DNA from: an uncultured Sulfolobales archaeon
Lineage (GTDB): Archaea > Thermoproteota > Thermoprotei_A > Sulfolobales > NBVN01
NCBI GenBank assembly: GCA_938073905.1
Contig: CALJEN010000005.1
Location: forward strand, 66,667 to 130,666
DNA length: 64,000 bases
Direction of reading: 5' to 3'
In this document: piece by piece, positions 63,844 to 64,000 of the stretch
How the letters are laid out: every line of letters begins with the position of its first letter
Numbering within the stretch: position 1 is the first letter of the stretch
Program-made: the position numbers and the translations under genes
The notes under the pieces: model-generated
Told to the model about the DNA's origin: nothing
Databases searched by the model: none
What the model saw: the letters and a program-made list of their open reading frames with translations, nothing else

Positions 63844-64000
63844 TCACCTTATCAGGCCCAGCAGTCTGGGCAACCATAGCGTGATGTCGGGAACGAACAC
63901 CGCCAGAAGGTAGAACAGCAGGTAGAACAGATAGAACGGCTTCATGCTCTTGATTATATCCTCAACCTTCACCTCGAGCGCATCGGAGACCACGAAGACC
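63844..64000 (-). CDS. C-terminal fragment of a TRAP-transporter large permease (DctM-like); 5' end lies outside the window
   Basis: The - strand frame reads ...KPFYLFYLLFYLLAVFVPDITLWLPRLLGLIR then TGA at 63846-63844. The ending resembles the conserved DctM C-terminus. It is too short for the ORF track. Confidence 0.45.
   Translation of the reverse strand, partial: VFVVSDALEVKVEDIIKSMKPFYLFYLLFYLLAVFVPDITLWLPRLLGLIR

Overview
This 64 kb window is a gene-dense, high-GC archaeal chromosome segment; hand counts of 60-nt lines give about 58-70% G+C in most genes. I call about 70 protein genes. Most ORF-track entries that lie antisense to them are GC-driven artefacts, rich in Arg/Pro/Gly and using CGN arginine codons. 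The gene content points to a hyperthermophilic crenarchaeon (Desulfurococcales-like), but I cannot name the organism from the sequence alone. Supporting genes are a family-B DNA polymerase, topoisomerase VI A and B, AglB and AglH N-glycosylation enzymes, CDP-archaeol synthase, a class-I CCA-adding enzyme, a TFE-beta-like factor, an intron-containing initiator tRNA and a box C/D sRNA. Real genes use mainly AGG/AGA for arginine. Palindromic CTTATAAG-type TATA boxes sit about 24-35 nt upstream of start codons, which implies mostly leaderless mRNAs.

Functional blocks, in order:
- molybdopterin hydroxylase subunits plus a MocA-like gene
- phosphate transporter-like pair
- nucleoside phosphorylase and dCTP deaminase
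- MoxR/vWA pair next to polB
- ADP-forming acetyl-CoA synthetase alpha subunit
- AglB
- ABC ATPase
- thpR-cca
- a lower-GC HTH plus DNA methyltransferase cassette
- AOR plus ferredoxin
- pterin (MptE/MptG-type) cluster
- AglH
- threonine dehydratase
- deoC-top6A-top6B
- flippase
- two-subunit fumarase
- a lower-GC sugar-acid utilisation locus that ends in a TRAP permease fragment

The non-coding signals are the most unusual part:
- a three-copy, promoter-equipped, roughly 170-nt structured element that I cannot assign to any known RNA family
- a textbook box C/D sRNA between the TFE-beta-like gene and top6B
- a TATA-driven structured RNA or leader upstream of the acetyl-CoA synthetase gene
- two long ORF-free structured gaps (15121-15442 and 35406-35893)
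- a coiled-coil, tail-anchored protein gene split by a single in-frame TAG

I saw no CRISPR array, rRNA gene, transposase or integrase.
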